Shown here piece after piece: positions 38,568-48,922 of a stretch of DNA of 64,000 bases (position 1 is the stretch's first letter; the number at the start of each line of letters is the position of its first letter). The translations under genes were made by a program, and so were the position numbers. The notes beneath the pieces are model-generated. The model searched no databases, was not told the origin of the DNA, and worked only from the letters and a program-made list of their open reading frames with translations. The DNA comes from Minisyncoccota bacterium (GTDB lineage Bacteria > Patescibacteriota > Minisyncoccia > Phycocordibacterales > UBA9973): NCBI GenBank assembly GCA_031291825.1, contig JARLIG010000009.1:136058-200057 (forward strand), in the 5' to 3' direction.

Positions 38568-41117
38568 ATGATTAAGGGGATGAAAAGGTTCTGGAGAAGA
38601 TTAAGAAAAATTTTTAAAAATAAGAAGTTATTGAAAAATCTGGCACTATTTTTTGCCAGTCTTGTTATTTTAATGTCTGGGGCACTAATTGTTCTAATTT
38701 TTTCTCTAAAAATTCCAGACTTTCATTCTCTTCAAGACCGCAAGGTGGTAAATTCCACCCAGATATATGACCGTACAGGGAAAATTTTACTTTATGATAT
38801 ACATCAAGATGTAAAAAGGACGGATGTTCCACTCGACGAGATGAGCCCAAATATTAAAAGTGCCACAATCGCAATTGAAGATTCTAATTTTTACAACGAA
38901 GGAGGCGTAAGGATAAGTTCTACCTTGCGAGCTCTTTTTTCGGATATTTTTCATATTGGCATAGGGGGTGGTGGTTCTACCATAACTCAACAGTTAGTAA
39001 AAAATACCCTTCTGACATCTGATAGAAGTTATATTAGAAAAATAAAAGAGTGGGTTTTGGCAATTAAAATTGATCAATCAATGTCTAAAGACGCAATATT
39101 AGAAGCATATTTAAATGAAATTCCTTATGGTGGAAATGTTTATGGTATCGAAGCAGCTAGTAAAAACTATTTCAATGAAGACGCATCACAACTAACACTT
39201 GCTCAAGCTGCGTATCTTGCATCAATTCCACAATCACCAACCACACTTTCTCCATACGGACCAAATAGAGATAAACTTGATGAAAGAAAAAATTTAGTAT
39301 TATCTAGAATGTTAGACTTAAAAATTATTACAGAAGCACAATATGGTGAAGCGAAAAATGAAGTTGTAACTTTTGTTCCACAAGCAACAATGGGAATCCG
39401 AGCACCGCACTTCGTTTTTTGGATTAAAAATTATCTGGAACAAAAGTATGGAAGCGATGTAGTAGATAATGGTGGCCTAAAAGTTATTACAACACTGGAT
39501 GCAAACCTACAATCACAAGCAGAACAAATTGTGGAGGCAGGCGCTTTACAAAACGAAAAAACTTGGAATGCCTCAAATGCTGCCTTAGTGGCGATAGATC
39601 CAAAAACTGGGCAAGTTCTGGCAATGGTAGGTTCTAGAAACTATTTTGACACAACAATTGATGGAAATTTCAATGTCGCCACAGCGACCAGACAACCAGG
39701 GTCTTCTTTTAAGCCTTTTATTTACGCCACAGCCTTCAATGACGGGTTTACTCCAGACACAGTGCTCTTTGACCTACCTACAGAATTTCAAACAACCTGT
39801 GACGCTTATGGTAAGGCCCTACCAGGCCACAACCAAAGCGATTGCTATATGCCGCAAGATTTTGATGGAAAATATCGAGGACCCATGACCCTACGAAATG
39901 CACTTGCTCAATCTATAAACATTCCAGCGGTAAAACTTTTTTACTTAACTGGGGAACAAAATTCTCTACAAACAGCAGAAAATATGGGTATTAGTACACT
40001 TGGAGATGCTGGACAATATGGACTGACGTTGGTTATCGGAGGTGGTGAGGTGTCACTCTTAGACATGACATCAGCTTATGGGGTATTTGCCGATGATGGT
40101 GTTAGAAATCCATATACTGGAATTCTGGAAGTTCAAGATTTAAATGGAAATGTTTTGGAACAATATCAATCCAACCCACAAACAGTTCTACCGAAAAACA
40201 CAGCTCTAACTATTTCAAATATTCTTTCCGATGAAACAGCCCGTGAACCAACCTTCGGAGTACATTCAGCTTTATATATTCCAGGTAAGGATGTGGCCGT
40301 AAAAACAGGAACAACCAATAATGATAAGGATGCTTGGACAATTGGCTATACTCCTTCTTTGGTTGTGGGAGTTTGGGCAGGAAACAATGACGATACTCCA
40401 ATGAAAAGTGGTGGCTCAGCCGTAGCTGGACCGATTTGGAATAAATTTATATCGACTGCCTTGGCAAACACCACAACTGAAACTTTTGAAAAACCAGATT
40501 TGGACGTAGACCCTACTTTAGTAAAACCAGTCTTGCGTGGTCTATGGGAAGGAAACGATAACTTTTTTATAGATAAAATTTCAGGACTTCTGGCTACTCC
40601 AAACACGCCCAAGGAAACAACCGAAGAAAAGGTGGTGACCGATGTTCATTCTATTTTATATTGGGTGGATAAAAATAATATTTTAGGACCTCCTCCAGCA
40701 AATCCAGAAAATGACCCGCAGTTTGAACACTGGGAGATACCTGTTCAAAATTGGTGGGCGCAAAATAAAGGAAATTATCCGACAACAACAGAAGCAGATA
40801 AGCCAACAGCGACTGACAACATACACACAGAGCAGAATAAACCCGTAGTTTCCATTATCTCTCCAGACGACACAACTACTTACCAACCAAACCAAAAAAT
40901 AAATCTACAAATAACCAGCTCTGGAAATTATTCTTTACAAAAGATGGATGTTTTTATAAATGATGTTTATATGGAAACCCTCCAGCCACCTTTTACTTAC
41001 TCTTTTAGACCAGAGGATTTAGAAAACTTACAAACTACTAATGATTTAAAAATAATTTCTTATGACACTGTCTATAATAGTAGTGAGTCTGATGTTGTTT
41101 TTAAAGTAGCACAATAA
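38568..41117 (+). CDS. Class A penicillin-binding protein (PBP1A family)
   Basis: EDSNF, GGSTITQQL, SSFK, SIN, KTG; C-terminal Ig-like domain; start may be ATG 38580. Confidence 0.93.
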   Translation: MIKGMKRFWRRLRKIFKNKKLLKNLALFFASLVILMSGALIVLIFSLKIPDFHSLQDRKVVNSTQIYDRTGKILLYDIHQDVKRTDVPLDEMSPNIKSATIAIEDSNFYNEGGVRISSTLRALFSDIFHIGIGGGGSTITQQLVKNTLLTSDRSYIRKIKEWVLAIKIDQSMSKDAILEAYLNEIPYGGNVYGIEAASKNYFNEDASQLTLAQAAYLASIPQSPTTLSPYGPNRDKLDERKNLVLSRMLDLKIITEAQYGEAKNEVVTFVPQATMGIRAPHFVFWIKNYLEQKYGSDVVDNGGLKVITTLDANLQSQAEQIVEAGALQNEKTWNASNAALVAIDPKTGQVLAMVGSRNYFDTTIDGNFNVATATRQPGSSFKPFIYATAFNDGFTPDTVLFDLPTEFQTTCDAYGKALPGHNQSDCYMPQDFDGKYRGPMTLRNALAQSINIPAVKLFYLTGEQNSLQTAENMGISTLGDAGQYGLTLVIGGGEVSLLDMTSAYGVFADDGVRNPYTGILEVQDLNGNVLEQYQSNPQTVLPKNTALTISNILSDETAREPTFGVHSALYIPGKDVAVKTGTTNNDKDAWTIGYTPSLVVGVWAGNNDDTPMKSGGSAVAGPIWNKFISTALANTTTETFEKPDLDVDPTLVKPVLRGLWEGNDNFFIDKISGLLATPNTPKETTEEKVVTDVHSILYWVDKNNILGPPPANPENDPQFEHWEIPVQNWWAQNKGNYPTTTEADKPTATDNIHTEQNKPVVSIISPDDTTTYQPNQKINLQITSSGNYSLQKMDVFINDVYMETLQPPFTYSFRPEDLENLQTTNDLKIISYDTVYNSSESDVVFKVAQ

Positions 41118-41375
41118 TTATCTAATGTCTTTGGGTATTTTTTCACCCAAAGATTCTTTTAGGGCTAGAAAAATTTTTTCTTGTTTCAAGAAAATTTCAT
41201 TCTTGTAAATAGGTCTAATATTTAAATAGATTGTATTGTTTTTTATTTTTATATCTTCAGATTTTATATCTATTCCAATTGTTTTTTGTAAAACATCTCG
41301 AATGGCTCCTTTTTTAACTTCTCCAGAGACTAGAAGTTTACTAAACTTACCCAATAAATCTTTTATTTCAATCAT
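41118..41375 (-). CDS. Small protein downstream of dnaN (possibly DciA/DUF721-like)
   Basis: Position after dnaN; IKIKNNTIYL...KNEIFL pattern. Confidence 0.5.
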   Translation of the reverse strand: MIEIKDLLGKFSKLLVSGEVKKGAIRDVLQKTIGIDIKSEDIKIKNNTIYLNIRPIYKNEIFLKQEKIFLALKESLGEKIPKDIR

Positions 41376-41376
41376 C

Positions 41377-42474
41377 TTACTTATTCATTGGCATAATAAG
41401 ATATGTAAACAGTGAATCAGAAACAGGGGAAACAACTATTGGCTTTCCGTTTCCAGCCATTTTTATAGAAACACTATCGGTAGTAATTGACTGGAAGCAA
41501 TCCAAAAAATATTTATAATTAAACCCTAGCTCAATATTTTCTCCATTAATAACAGCATCCAAATAGGTTTTGTTTTCTCCAATATCGTTGTTTATAGAGG
41601 AAAGTTCGAAGATTTTTTCCTTGGGTAAAATTTTAAGATTAACTTGATTAAATTTATCAGAAAAAATATTTGAGATTCTAAGCGCATTTAATAAATCTTG
41701 TTTTAAAACAACAATTTCGGTGGTGGAATCTTTGGGAATAATCTGACGATAGTCTGGGAAAATTCCATCAATCACCCTAGAGGTTAAGTAAATATTATCG
41801 GAAGAAAAAGAGATTTGGTTTTTATTGAAACACACCTTTATGGAGTCTTGAATTTCTCCAAAAATTTTTAATATTTCAGAAATGTTTTTATAAGGAATAA
41901 GTATTCCCGATATTTCTGGAACTCCTTTTGTTTTTATTTTTTTCTCAGCCAACCTAAAAGAGTCAGTTGCAACAAAAACTAAATTTTCGTTGTTGGTGTA
42001 CATAAAAACACTTGAGATTTCTGGTTTTATATCTGAGACAGAAGAACTGTAGTAAACTGATTTTATCCCATCAACTAATTTTTTTGATTCTATCTCAAAA
42101 CTTGTTCCATCAACTATTGGTATTGTTGGAAAGTCTTCGTGTGGTTGGCTTTTTAGTTTTATTTGAGTTTTCTTTGTTTTAATTAACAGGTTGTCATCCT
42201 TATTTTCAAGTTGAACATTTTCATTTTGAGAAACATTAGAAAAGATTGCATTTAAAACAGAACCAGAAATAGCTAAGGTTCCTTCTTTTTCTATTTTCGC
42301 CGGAATTTCAATTTCAATACCAAGACTTAAATTGGTTGACCTTAATTTCAAAGATTTTTGAGAAGCAATTAATAAAATAGAACTCAATATTGGCAGGGTT
42401 AAATTTTTACCAGTTATTTTTTCAACTTGAGCAACTGCATTTTTTATTTTTTCAATTGAACATTCTAATTTCAT
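41377..42474 (-). CDS. dnaN: DNA polymerase III beta sliding clamp
   Basis: LPILS, ATDSFRL, FPDYRQII, YLIMPM. Confidence 0.97.
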   Translation of the reverse strand: MKLECSIEKIKNAVAQVEKITGKNLTLPILSSILLIASQKSLKLRSTNLSLGIEIEIPAKIEKEGTLAISGSVLNAIFSNVSQNENVQLENKDDNLLIKTKKTQIKLKSQPHEDFPTIPIVDGTSFEIESKKLVDGIKSVYYSSSVSDIKPEISSVFMYTNNENLVFVATDSFRLAEKKIKTKGVPEISGILIPYKNISEILKIFGEIQDSIKVCFNKNQISFSSDNIYLTSRVIDGIFPDYRQIIPKDSTTEIVVLKQDLLNALRISNIFSDKFNQVNLKILPKEKIFELSSINNDIGENKTYLDAVINGENIELGFNYKYFLDCFQSITTDSVSIKMAGNGKPIVVSPVSDSLFTYLIMPMNK

Positions 42475-42690
42475 ATATGTTTATATCTTTATATAATTAA
42501 ATTATTAATAATATTAGTTGTGTTGATAAGTGGATTAAGTAATCATAGCTATGTTTATATAATTATATTTGTTTTTTTAATTTTTAATCTAAGTCTAACA
42601 ACTCCCGTCTGTTTTTCTTAAATTGTTTCTTTTTAATTAAAATTAATACTTATTATTTTTTAATACCATCTTTTAAACACATTATTAAGT
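42475..42690. other. Very AT-rich dnaA-dnaN intergenic region, probable part of oriC (unwinding element)
   Basis: Extreme AT content; DnaA-box variant TGTTGATAA at 42521-42529. Confidence 0.6.
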
Positions 42691-44031
42691 TTATTTAAAC
42701 ATAATTCTTATCTGTTCTAACTCTTGTAATAGTTGGGGGTCATTTTTTAAGTCGGTTTTAATTTTTAAACAGGAATGAATAACCGTGGTGTGGTCCTTAC
42801 CGCCCAGTTTTTGTCCAATTAAAGGATAAGAGACATTAAAATCTTCACGCAATAAATACATAACAATCTGTCTAGCCTTAACTATCTCTTTTTTTCTGGT
42901 TTTTTCATAAACAGAAGCCTCTTCAAGTTTATAGTATTCACTAACAATTTTTACAACATCTTTAATTGCCATATTTTTCTTAGGACGCATGTTGTTTTTT
43001 AGCAAACTCTTAACCTCCATAAGGGTTAAAGGCTTATTTTTCAAGCGATATTGGCAAACAATAAGATTTAGACTTCCCTCCAACTCACGAATATTTCCTT
43101 GTACAGAGCTGGCAACATACTCAACTAGTTCTTGTTCTAAATCAACATTAAGTTCACGAAGTTTTACTTTTAGAATAGCTAAACGCGATTCATATTCTGG
43201 TTCAGAAATATCGACAATCATTCCAGCAGCAAACCTTGATTTTAAACGGTCGGCTAACTCTGGAATATAGTTGGGGTGTTTGTCAGAAGAAAAAATAATT
43301 TGTTTATTGTTTTCATAAAAAGTGTTAAAGGTGTGAAAAAGCTCTTCTTGAATTTTTTCCATTTTTCCAATAAATTGAATATCATCTATGATTAAAAGGT
43401 CATATTTACGATATTTTTCCTTAAAAGAATTTGCCTTATTGCTTTGGAGAGAGTTAATAAAATCTGTCGCAAACTTTTCTAAAGTCATATAATGAACTTT
43501 TTTGTTTGGATACTTATCTTTAATGGAGTTTCCAACAGCCTGAATAAGGTGTGTCTTTCCAAGTCCAGTACCTCCATAAATGAAAAACGGATTATATTTA
43601 GTTCCAGGAGACTCTATGATCGCCTGAGCGGCCGCGTAGGCTAATTCGTTGAAGGTTCCAACAATAAAAGAGTTAAAATGATAGCGTGGATTTAGGTTGT
43701 CATCCGGGTTTATATATAAATCTCTTAAAGGCAATTCTTTTTCAATTGTTTCTTTGGTTGTTACCACCTCTTGTGTGGTATTTTCTACCTTAGTGATGAT
43801 ATATTCAACCGCACGCATATTTTCATACTCATCCGCAATTGTTTTGGTGATAAGTTTGTGATATTTATTCATAAGCCAATCACGAACAAACTCATTTGGA
43901 ACTCCAATATAGATGATGCCAGTATCTTCTTTGGCAATAGACGTATTTTTAAACCAAGTACTGAAATTCGCTTTTGAAATACCAGTTTCAATTTCAGCTA
44001 GACAGTTTTTCCAAAGCTGTTTTGTATTCAT
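42691..44031 (-). CDS. dnaA: Chromosomal replication initiator DnaA
   Basis: YNPFFIYGGTGLGKTHL, IDDIQF, NIRELEG, KDHTTVIH. Confidence 0.98.
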   Translation of the reverse strand: MNTKQLWKNCLAEIETGISKANFSTWFKNTSIAKEDTGIIYIGVPNEFVRDWLMNKYHKLITKTIADEYENMRAVEYIITKVENTTQEVVTTKETIEKELPLRDLYINPDDNLNPRYHFNSFIVGTFNELAYAAAQAIIESPGTKYNPFFIYGGTGLGKTHLIQAVGNSIKDKYPNKKVHYMTLEKFATDFINSLQSNKANSFKEKYRKYDLLIIDDIQFIGKMEKIQEELFHTFNTFYENNKQIIFSSDKHPNYIPELADRLKSRFAAGMIVDISEPEYESRLAILKVKLRELNVDLEQELVEYVASSVQGNIRELEGSLNLIVCQYRLKNKPLTLMEVKSLLKNNMRPKKNMAIKDVVKIVSEYYKLEEASVYEKTRKKEIVKARQIVMYLLREDFNVSYPLIGQKLGGKDHTTVIHSCLKIKTDLKNDPQLLQELEQIRIMFK

Positions 44032-44087
44032 AGTTTCATATTATACTATTTCTATTTTAGATGACATCTTTTAAAACTTACTAACTC

Positions 44088-44107
44088 TGTTGATAAGCTG
44101 TGGATAA
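44088..44107 (-). promoter_or_regulatory. Tandem DnaA boxes upstream of dnaA
   Basis: TGTTGATAA (44088-44096) and TGTGGATAA (44099-44107). Confidence 0.75.
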
Positions 44108-44189
44108 AAATCGTCGGTTCATGCACGTATAGACAGCAAGGTGTTTTTGTTTATTGATTTATTCTTAATTATATTATAGACTCTATTAT

Positions 44190-44324
44190 ATGTCACAAAC
44201 ATATCAACCAAAAAAGCGAAAAAGAGCAAAATCTCATGGATTTCTAGTAAGATCTAGGACTAAAACTGGAAAGCGTGTTTTAAAGAGGAGACGTCAAAAA
44301 GGCAGAGCCAAACTTTCAGTTTAA
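44190..44324 (+). CDS. rpmH: 50S ribosomal protein L34 (not in ORF track)
   Basis: [44 protein letters not shown]. Confidence 0.97.
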   Translation: MSQTYQPKKRKRAKSHGFLVRSRTKTGKRVLKRRRQKGRAKLSV

Positions 44325-44407
44325 GCTATTAAGTTCATAAAGTTGAAAGTTTTTAAAGCAGTTTAATCTTTACGAACTTTATAACTTTTTACTTTATAAC
44401 TATTTTT

Positions 44408-44734
44408 ATGCTTCCTAAAAAAAATAGAGCCGATAGAAAGGCAATAGAAAAAATCTTTAAAGAAGGTAAGTTTTTAAATTCTTCTAATCTTACTTTCAAA
44501 TTCCTTCTAAACAAAAATTCTCTAGCTCCACAAATTTCTTTTATTGCTCCAAAAGGTGTGGCAAAACTTGCGGTTAAAAGAAATTTACTAAGACGGCATG
44601 GATATACTGCTTTAAGTAGGTACATTAACCAATTCCCTCTTGGTATAGTGGGCGCTTTTCTTTACAAGAAAGCCCAAAGCGATGTTTTGATAATTGAAAA
44701 TGAAATTAAAAACATACTTTCTAAAATTAATTGA
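44408..44734 (+). CDS. rnpA: Ribonuclease P protein component
   Basis: MLPKKNR, KLAVKRNLLRR; synteny after rpmH. Confidence 0.9.
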   Translation: MLPKKNRADRKAIEKIFKEGKFLNSSNLTFKFLLNKNSLAPQISFIAPKGVAKLAVKRNLLRRHGYTALSRYINQFPLGIVGAFLYKKAQSDVLIIENEIKNILSKIN

Positions 44735-44915
44735 TTTTTATCAAAAATATATTTCAGTATATTTAAAGCCGAGCTGTGTTTTTTATCCTACTTGTTCAGA
44801 ATACACAAAGCAGGCAATAGAAAAATATGGAGTGCTGAAGGGCAGTTACCTTGGGTTTTTACGAATCCTCCGTTGTCATCCTTGGCAGAAAAAACACATG
44901 GACCCACTGAAATAA
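44700..44915 (+). CDS. yidD: Membrane protein insertion efficiency factor
   Basis: YQKYIS, CVFYPTCSEY, RILRCHPW. Confidence 0.93.
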   Translation: MKLKTYFLKLIDFYQKYISVYLKPSCVFYPTCSEYTKQAIEKYGVLKGSYLGFLRILRCHPWQKKHMDPLK

Positions 44916-45006
44916 ATTAAGAATTTCGATTTACGAATTAAGAATTAAATTCGTAATTACTCATTCGTAATTTGTAATTGAATCAGTTTTCATATAGAAT
45001 GGGGAG

Positions 45007-45795
45007 ATGATTAGTCAGATCTGGAATCTAGTTTTATATCAGCCACTATTAAACGCATTGGCTTTTTTAGTCTCAATTATCCCTGGTGGAGATGTGGGTA
45101 TTGCCGTTATAGTTCTTACTATTCTGGTAAAAGTTATACTATTCCCTCTTTCTAGAAAATCTATTGAAAGTCAGGCTCAAATGAATATGCTTGCTCCAGA
45201 GTTGCAGAAAATAAAGGAAAGTGGTGCAAGTAAAGAGGAGCAAGCGACACGTACTTTTGAGCTTTATAAACAACACAAAACTAATCCATTTTCCGGATGT
45301 CTTTTGATGTTAATTCAGATTCCAATTATTTTCGCTTTGTACTATGTTTTCTTAAAGGGAATACATTTCCAGAACGGAGTGCTTTATTCCTTCGTTCATA
45401 TCCCAGCACACATGAATATGATTTTCCTAGGGATAGTTGATATTGGTAAAAAAAGTTTATTACTAGCGATTCTTGCCGGAGTTTCTCAGTCCCTTCAGGC
45501 ACACTTTATGCCAATGCCGGCTCTTTCAGGAGGCGCCAATCCATCATTCCAAGATAGTTTTGGAAAAAGTATGAATATGCAGATGAAATATGTTTTCCCT
45601 TTTATTGTCGCCTTCATCGCCTATAATATTTCTGGAGCAGTTGCTTTATATTGGATTACCAGTAATTTATTTATGGTTGGTCAACAAATTTATATTAAAA
45701 AGAAAGTATTTACCCCGAATATGATAAAAGTAGAGTCAAAAGTTATTTTAGAAGAAATGAAACAACTTGATAAAGAAAAAAAGTTAACCAAATAA
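45007..45795 (+). CDS. yidC: Membrane protein insertase YidC/Oxa1
   Basis: NPFSGCL..LIQIPI, ALYWITSN. Confidence 0.93.
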   Translation: MISQIWNLVLYQPLLNALAFLVSIIPGGDVGIAVIVLTILVKVILFPLSRKSIESQAQMNMLAPELQKIKESGASKEEQATRTFELYKQHKTNPFSGCLLMLIQIPIIFALYYVFLKGIHFQNGVLYSFVHIPAHMNMIFLGIVDIGKKSLLLAILAGVSQSLQAHFMPMPALSGGANPSFQDSFGKSMNMQMKYVFPFIVAFIAYNISGAVALYWITSNLFMVGQQIYIKKKVFTPNMIKVESKVILEEMKQLDKEKKLTK

Positions 45796-45796
45796 T

Positions 45797-46297
45797 ATGG
45801 ACAAAGATGAAATACAAAATTTAATAAAAGAGTTAATTGAAAAAACTACAATAAAACTGAACAGTATTTCTGTGACTGAGGAAGGCTCTAAAAATATTTG
45901 GGTTTCTCTCGACGTTGGTGAGCCAATGTTCTTTACTTCGCGTGAGGGCGAAGGACTGCAAGCCTTAAATCATCTTGTACATAGAATTATTGAAACAAAA
46001 ATGTTGCCAAAAAGAAACGCGGGCACAATGGAATCCAATATAGAAAATACTCTAGGTAATATTCTTATCGACATAAACGGTTTTCAAAAAAAACACATCG
46101 AGGGTATTCGAGCAGTAGCACACATGATGTCTGAACGAGCACGATATTTTAAATCAAATATAGAAGTTGACCCCATGTCTGCTTTTGAACGTAGAATTGT
46201 TCATGAATTTTTATCGGAAGCAACTGACTTAAAAACCGAGTCAGTTGGTTTTGGCCCTTCTCGTAGAGTGGTTATAAAATATGTTGGAGCGATTTAA
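45797..46297 (+). CDS. jag: Jag/EloR-like KH-R3H RNA-binding protein
   Basis: GEGLQALNHL, PMSAFERRIVH, RRVVI; synteny after yidC. Confidence 0.85.
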   Translation: MDKDEIQNLIKELIEKTTIKLNSISVTEEGSKNIWVSLDVGEPMFFTSREGEGLQALNHLVHRIIETKMLPKRNAGTMESNIENTLGNILIDINGFQKKHIEGIRAVAHMMSERARYFKSNIEVDPMSAFERRIVHEFLSEATDLKTESVGFGPSRRVVIKYVGAI

Positions 46298-46298
46298 T

Positions 46299-47720
46299 TT
46301 AATTTAAATTAAATTCCCAAAGGAAAGAGTCCTTTTTGTTTACAAAAAATAAGTAATTTCCACTACTATCTAATTGAAGTTTGATACCATCAATAGCTTC
46401 TCCCCCGCTAACTGTAAGTGGGTCTACAAGCATCGTCGTGTTGCCTGTTGTTGTATCTATTTTCCAAATTTCGTCTGAGAAAGATACTTCTCCTTGATAC
46501 CACCCATCAGGATATTGAGTATTGGGAATAAGTCTGGGTACCGCACAATAAACAACCGTACTCGTGTTCCCCCAAACGCATTTTTCTGGGAGAGTTTTAA
46601 CGCCTAAAATAGTTGAAGTATTTGTGGCTGTGTTATAAACACTTAAGTTTAAACTATCATCTCCATAAAGAAGAAGTTTTCCATCAGGACTAGTCAGTGT
46701 AGTAAGACCATTTATATTGCCTAAAATTTGATTAAAATTATTACCACTTTGATTCATCTCATATACATACCCAGGGATGCCGTTAGCGGGCTTGGTCGTC
46801 AAAGTAATATCCTGATTATTTGGCCACCAGGATGTCCACTCAGTGAAAGGTGAACTAAAAATTTGTACTTTTTTATTAGTTAAAAAATTTAAGGTTGTAC
46901 CAATCATATTAGTACCATTATTAAATAAATAAAAGATACTTGAACTGTCTGGTGAAACACTTATGGATTTAATATTGTTTGGCAACAAAGAACCCGTAAG
47001 GGCATTGTTTACAATTGTATCTGCTCCTAAATATTCTTTTGGGAGAGTGCCCATAAAAGTCTCAATTGTTTTTCCATCTGATTGCAAATATCTCATGACT
47101 ACAGAATTTCCACTATTTCCAAAATAGGCATCATAAACTTGGGGAATAACGGTTGTTGTATATTGTCCTTCTGCTATAACATCGGCAAAAGTCTCGTAAA
47201 TATTACCCGTAGCTCTCGCGACATATCTCAAAGCTGGGGCAAATTCTGTCAAAGGAGCAGTAGGTTTGGTAGTAGTTTTTTTTGTACTACTAGTAGTTTT
47301 TGAAGTACTTGTTGTTGGTGTTGCTTGCGGTGAGCTTGTCGAAACTGTTGCGTTTGTGGTGGAAGTCGTTGTGGCGGGAGTTGAATTAGTTGATGGTATT
47401 GCTGGTGTTGGCGTTACAGGAACTATTAATCTTTGTTTACTAAAAACAGTGTAACCAGCGATCGGCATACTAGAAACCTTTTTTAATTTCACATTAGCTG
47501 CAGGAGTTACAACAGGAGGAGTGACTGTGGTTGGTGGTGTGGTCGTGGTTGGTGGCGTTGTTTTACTTGCAAAAGGATTAAACTGCGCGAAAAAATTTGT
47601 GCCAGGGGTATTACTCCCCGTTGTATTTGTTGCTGGTTTACTAAAATAAAAAAATCCAAAAACTGCAATGATTGCGATGATTAGAACTATCATTAAAAGT
47701 ATAAAATTTCTTTTTGACAT
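46299..47720 (-). CDS. Membrane-anchored protein with Thr/Pro linker and TolB-like beta-propeller (start likely ATG 47720)
   Basis: N-terminal TM, T/P-rich stretches, SPDG/SPDS repeats. Confidence 0.7.
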   Translation of the reverse strand: MSKRNFILLMIVLIIAIIAVFGFFYFSKPATNTTGSNTPGTNFFAQFNPFASKTTPPTTTTPPTTVTPPVVTPAANVKLKKVSSMPIAGYTVFSKQRLIVPVTPTPAIPSTNSTPATTTSTTNATVSTSSPQATPTTSTSKTTSSTKKTTTKPTAPLTEFAPALRYVARATGNIYETFADVIAEGQYTTTVIPQVYDAYFGNSGNSVVMRYLQSDGKTIETFMGTLPKEYLGADTIVNNALTGSLLPNNIKSISVSPDSSSIFYLFNNGTNMIGTTLNFLTNKKVQIFSSPFTEWTSWWPNNQDITLTTKPANGIPGYVYEMNQSGNNFNQILGNINGLTTLTSPDGKLLLYGDDSLNLSVYNTATNTSTILGVKTLPEKCVWGNTSTVVYCAVPRLIPNTQYPDGWYQGEVSFSDEIWKIDTTTGNTTMLVDPLTVSGGEAIDGIKLQLDSSGNYLFFVNKKDSFLWEFNLN

Positions 47721-47724
47721 AAAA

Positions 47725-48918
47725 TTATTGTATAACCACTGTTGTTCCTTGCTGCATACAAGGAGCCAAAAGAGCCAAATCATCATTCGTCATTCTAACG
47801 CATCCGTTGGTTGTTCCAAGGGTGTCACCTGCATTTCCGTGAAAACCTATCCCCCTGTTAACTCCATTGGAATCTGTTACACCAATATTAACAAATGCTG
47901 CTCCGAAATTATAGCCATTAGAAATAACAGCACTTCCATTGCTTCCCACGGTTTTACTACCCAATTTATAAGTTCCTACCGGGGTTTTTGCATCGCCGTC
48001 TGTTGCTGTTCCTGGTTGTGCTACACCTTTATAGCCAATATTTATAGGCACAGTAACACAAGTGAGACCCGCGCAAAAAGCTGCTGTCTGATTGGTTGTA
48101 TCTACTCCAATAGAGCTTAGTGATGAACAATTGTTTTGTGCAAAGGCAGCAACTCCAGCATCGGGGGCATTGGTTTTATATCCAGTTCCAACAGAAGATG
48201 TGGTCTGTTCACTGTTTGCCAAGGTTGCCTGGTCAGCAGCGTCCATTGTCGTAATATTCGCATTCGGTATTGATGGATCGGAATTAAGTATGTCTGGATT
48301 AATAGTATGTAAAATTGTCCAAGCGCCGAGAGCAAGGATGAGTCCAAACAAAGCATTTCGAATTCTTTCCTTTCCTGCCTCTTTACTGGAAACTAATTCA
48401 CTAGTCATGTATTCAATACCACCCATCAAAATCATTATGACTGCCAAAACTCCACAAATACCAATGAATACAGTTATCATTGGATTTAAATACCTACCCA
48501 AGCTGTTTGGCTGGGCTGTATTGGTGTTGGCATCAAAAAGAGGACCTACTTGAGGTAGTGGAGCTAGAAGATTGTAGTAACCTGTAAAACTGCCATTATT
48601 TCCAGGAGTTTGTAGGCTTTGGTCACAAGATGCTCTTGTTGTGCACTGTTGTGTTGCGCCATTAATTGTACAATCTCCATACGTATCAGGCGTGAATGAT
48701 TTTGCATCTCCCGTAGCAAGCTGCGGAGCACAATCACTTTCTGTTGTATTTTCTATGTAATCTTGACCATTAGCTCCAGGGCCATAATCACACTGACCTG
48801 TTGGGTCAGATTGAGTAGCTTGAGGACAGAATGACGACTGCGCATCTATTCTCACTGTCGAACCAAGGAGTCCAACCAAAGCAATCAGTATTAAAATATA
48901 AAATTTGAATTTTTTCAT
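47725..48918 (-). CDS. Secreted pilin-like (TrbC/VirB2-type) protein fused to a YkuD L,D-transpeptidase-like domain
   Basis: Hydrophobic hairpin AVIMILMGGIEYMTS...AGKERIRNALFGL; C-terminal GDAKTPVGTY...IGFHG...TNGCVRM. Confidence 0.75.
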   Translation of the reverse strand: MKKFKFYILILIALVGLLGSTVRIDAQSSFCPQATQSDPTGQCDYGPGANGQDYIENTTESDCAPQLATGDAKSFTPDTYGDCTINGATQQCTTRASCDQSLQTPGNNGSFTGYYNLLAPLPQVGPLFDANTNTAQPNSLGRYLNPMITVFIGICGVLAVIMILMGGIEYMTSELVSSKEAGKERIRNALFGLILALGAWTILHTINPDILNSDPSIPNANITTMDAADQATLANSEQTTSSVGTGYKTNAPDAGVAAFAQNNCSSLSSIGVDTTNQTAAFCAGLTCVTVPINIGYKGVAQPGTATDGDAKTPVGTYKLGSKTVGSNGSAVISNGYNFGAAFVNIGVTDSNGVNRGIGFHGNAGDTLGTTNGCVRMTNDDLALLAPCMQQGTTVVIQ

Positions 48919-48922
48919 TTGT

